A stretch of 64,000 bases of DNA, from positions 416,001-480,000 of the forward strand of contig CAVSPA010000004.1 in the NCBI GenBank assembly GCA_963729715.1, given 5' to 3'. Source of the stretch: an uncultured delta proteobacterium. Lineage in GTDB: Bacteria > Desulfobacterota > Syntrophia > Syntrophales > UBA2185. The notes under the pieces were generated by a model that searched no databases, was not told the DNA's origin, and saw only the letters and a list, made by a program, of their open reading frames with translations. Of this stretch, positions 61,791 to 64,000 are shown piece after piece (position 1 is the first letter of the stretch; each line of letters begins with the position of its first letter). The translations under genes and the position numbers were made by a program.

Positions 61791-63869
61791 ATGTCAAAAT
61801 ACGAACCTAACTCTTTGAGAAACATAGCAATTGTGGGGCACGGAGCAACAGGCAAGACCTCTCTCTGCGAGTCCCTCCTTTTCATCACCGGTAAGACGGA
61901 CAGGCAGGGGAGAGTTGATGATGGAACTTCATCAATGGATTTTGAACCGGAGGAGCAGAAGCGGCGCATTTCCATCAGTGCCGCGGCAAATTTCTTCGAA
62001 TGGGAAAAGTATAAAATAACGATCCTCGATACGCCGGGAGATTCCAATTTCTCCTATGATACGAGGAACTGTCTCCGCGTAGCCGATGGCGCTGTTGTCG
62101 TCATCGATGCGGTCGGCGGCGTCGAATTTCAAACGGAGAAGGTATGGGAGTACTCAGACGAGTATAGACTTCCCCGTATCGTTTTTATCACCAGGATGGA
62201 TCGTGAGCGGGCTGATTTTTTTACGAGTGTGGAGAGTATCAAAAGCCGTCTGGGTAAAAAGGCGACACCCATATTTCTGCCGATTGGCAAGGAGGACAAT
62301 TTCAAGGGAGTCATCGATCTCATAAGTAAGAAGGCCCTTATTTTTGAGGGCACCGGCGGTAAGTACAAATCGGCGGATATTCCCGCCGACATGAAGGACA
62401 TCGTGGAGAAATACCGCGAGAACATGGTCGAAGATATCGCAGAGTCCGATGAGAAGCTAATGGACAAATATCTGGATGCCGGGGAACTCAGCGAAGATGA
62501 ACTCAAGGCAGGGCTGAAGAAAGGCGTAACATCTTTGAGTCTCTTGCCCGTTGCATGCGGGTCCGCAGTGAAGAATATCGGCATCGCACCCCTAATCGAT
62601 CTGGTAATAACTGCCCTTCCCTCCCCGGTGGAACGCGGTCCCGTTACGGGGAAGAAGCCCGGTAAAGATGAAATAGATACAAGGATGCCTGAGGAATCGG
62701 CGCCCTTCTCCGCTCTGGTCTTCAAGACCATTGCCGACCCTTATGCAGGACGCCTAACTTTGTTCCGCGTATTCTCAGGAACGGTGAGCTCTGATTCAAC
62801 TTTTTACAATTCGTCACGAAAGATCACGGAAAGATTTGGAAATATCTTTTTCCTGGAGGGAAAGAGCCAGAAGCCGGTTGAGTCTCTGGTGCCGGGAGAT
62901 ATTGCCGCCGTGGCAAAGCTCAAAGAAACCACCACCGGAGATACGATATGCAATGAAAAAGCAGCCATAATTTTTGAAAAGGTCGTGCCGCCGCCCCCCA
63001 TCATGTCCTTTGCCGTGGCGCCCAAGAGCAGGGGCGATGAAGACAAGATAGTTTCCTCAATCAACCGTATAATCGAAGAAGATCCCACGCTGACGTTCCG
63101 ACGTGAGGAACAGACCAAGGAGATGATCCTATCAGGGATGGGGCAGGTACATATAGAAGTCTCCATCGAAAAGATGAAGAGGAAATTCGGCGTGGAACTG
63201 ACCTTGAGAACACCCAAGGTCCCCTACAAGGAAACGATCAAAGGCAAGACCAACGTGCAGGGCAAGTACAAGAAACAGTCCGGCGGACGCGGGCAATTCG
63301 GAGACTGCTGGCTTGACATAGAGCCGCTGCCGCGCAGTGGAGGCTATGAATTCGCGGACAAAATCGTCGGCGGCGTGATCCCTCAACAGTACCGGCCTGC
63401 CGTTGACAAAGGGATTATCGAGGCCATGTTGGAAGGTGTCATTGCCGGGTATCCAGTTGTTGACGTGAAGGTTTCTCTCGTTGATGGATCTTATCACACA
63501 GTCGATTCCTCGGAAATGGCGTTCAAGATAGCTGGATCCATGGGCTTCAAGAAAGGCGTGCTGGCCTGTCAGCCAGTTCTGCTTGAACCCATTGTCAACA
63601 TCGATATCGAGATCCCAGATGAATATATGGGCGATGTCATCGGTGATTTGAACGGCCGCCGCGGCAAGGTCCTGGGCATGGAATCCAAGGGACCGAATAG
63701 AATCATAAAAGGACAGGTTCCCCTTGCCGAGATCCTGAGATACGCGCCTGATTTGCGATCGATGACGAGCGGCAGGGGCACATTCACATACGAGCACTCA
63801 CACTACGAAGAGGTCCCGCCATTTATTGCAGAGAAGATAATCGCCGAATCGAAAAAGGAACAGCAATAG
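61791..63869 (+). CDS. fusA: Elongation factor G paralog (EF-G2/FusA2 type)
   Basis: Five-domain EF-G layout, KQSGGRGQFG, GSYHTVDSSE; atypical GHGATGKT, RRISI, DTPGD; not in the str operon. Confidence 0.9.
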   Translation: MSKYEPNSLRNIAIVGHGATGKTSLCESLLFITGKTDRQGRVDDGTSSMDFEPEEQKRRISISAAANFFEWEKYKITILDTPGDSNFSYDTRNCLRVADGAVVVIDAVGGVEFQTEKVWEYSDEYRLPRIVFITRMDRERADFFTSVESIKSRLGKKATPIFLPIGKEDNFKGVIDLISKKALIFEGTGGKYKSADIPADMKDIVEKYRENMVEDIAESDEKLMDKYLDAGELSEDELKAGLKKGVTSLSLLPVACGSAVKNIGIAPLIDLVITALPSPVERGPVTGKKPGKDEIDTRMPEESAPFSALVFKTIADPYAGRLTLFRVFSGTVSSDSTFYNSSRKITERFGNIFFLEGKSQKPVESLVPGDIAAVAKLKETTTGDTICNEKAAIIFEKVVPPPPIMSFAVAPKSRGDEDKIVSSINRIIEEDPTLTFRREEQTKEMILSGMGQVHIEVSIEKMKRKFGVELTLRTPKVPYKETIKGKTNVQGKYKKQSGGRGQFGDCWLDIEPLPRSGGYEFADKIVGGVIPQQYRPAVDKGIIEAMLEGVIAGYPVVDVKVSLVDGSYHTVDSSEMAFKIAGSMGFKKGVLACQPVLLEPIVNIDIEIPDEYMGDVIGDLNGRRGKVLGMESKGPNRIIKGQVPLAEILRYAPDLRSMTSGRGTFTYEHSHYEEVPPFIAEKIIAESKKEQQ

Positions 63870-64000
63870 ATTGGAAATTCACGCAGGTGTCATAACCATA
63901 AGCGACAAGGGGTCCCGGGGTAAGCGGGAAGATAAGAGTGGTCCGGAAATAGTTGCGATCTTGAAAGATGCAGGCATTGATGCGGCCTGCATCAAAATCG

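Overview
Bacterial chromosome segment. Gene content and order suggest a Desulfobacterota/Syntrophales-like deltaproteobacterium (inference). Most of the window is housekeeping: lptFG, metK-ahcY, panCD behind a pan-type leader and terminator, rsmA, tsaD, nadB, purB, tRNA-Met, a metabolic cluster, and a long minus-strand run from a M23 peptidase and secA through argJ, rpsB-tsf-pyrH-frr-uppS-cdsA-dxr-rseP-tsaB, psd-pssA-asd-rsmD-coaD-aminotransferase, ispG-proS-rel and rph-rdgB-tRNA-Pro. An EF-G paralog lies divergently at the right end. The accessory part is a decaying island of about 8.9 kb (27284-36226) integrated at tRNA-Pro(TGG) and bounded by a 29-bp direct repeat. It holds a broken tyrosine integrase, two toxin-antitoxin modules (one toxin with an amber stop, one RelE-like toxin with a four-cysteine insertion), an intact IS21 element with a 7-bp target duplication and a repeat-expanded CpoB paralog. 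It also holds two gene-less IS200/IS605-type miniature elements and a duplicated ~100-bp non-coding module in front of two RHH genes. The first ~620 bp carry an orphan, repeat-rich site that resembles a phage cos or att region. No CRISPR array or rRNA gene was seen. All calls come from reading the sequence by eye; no database search was run.
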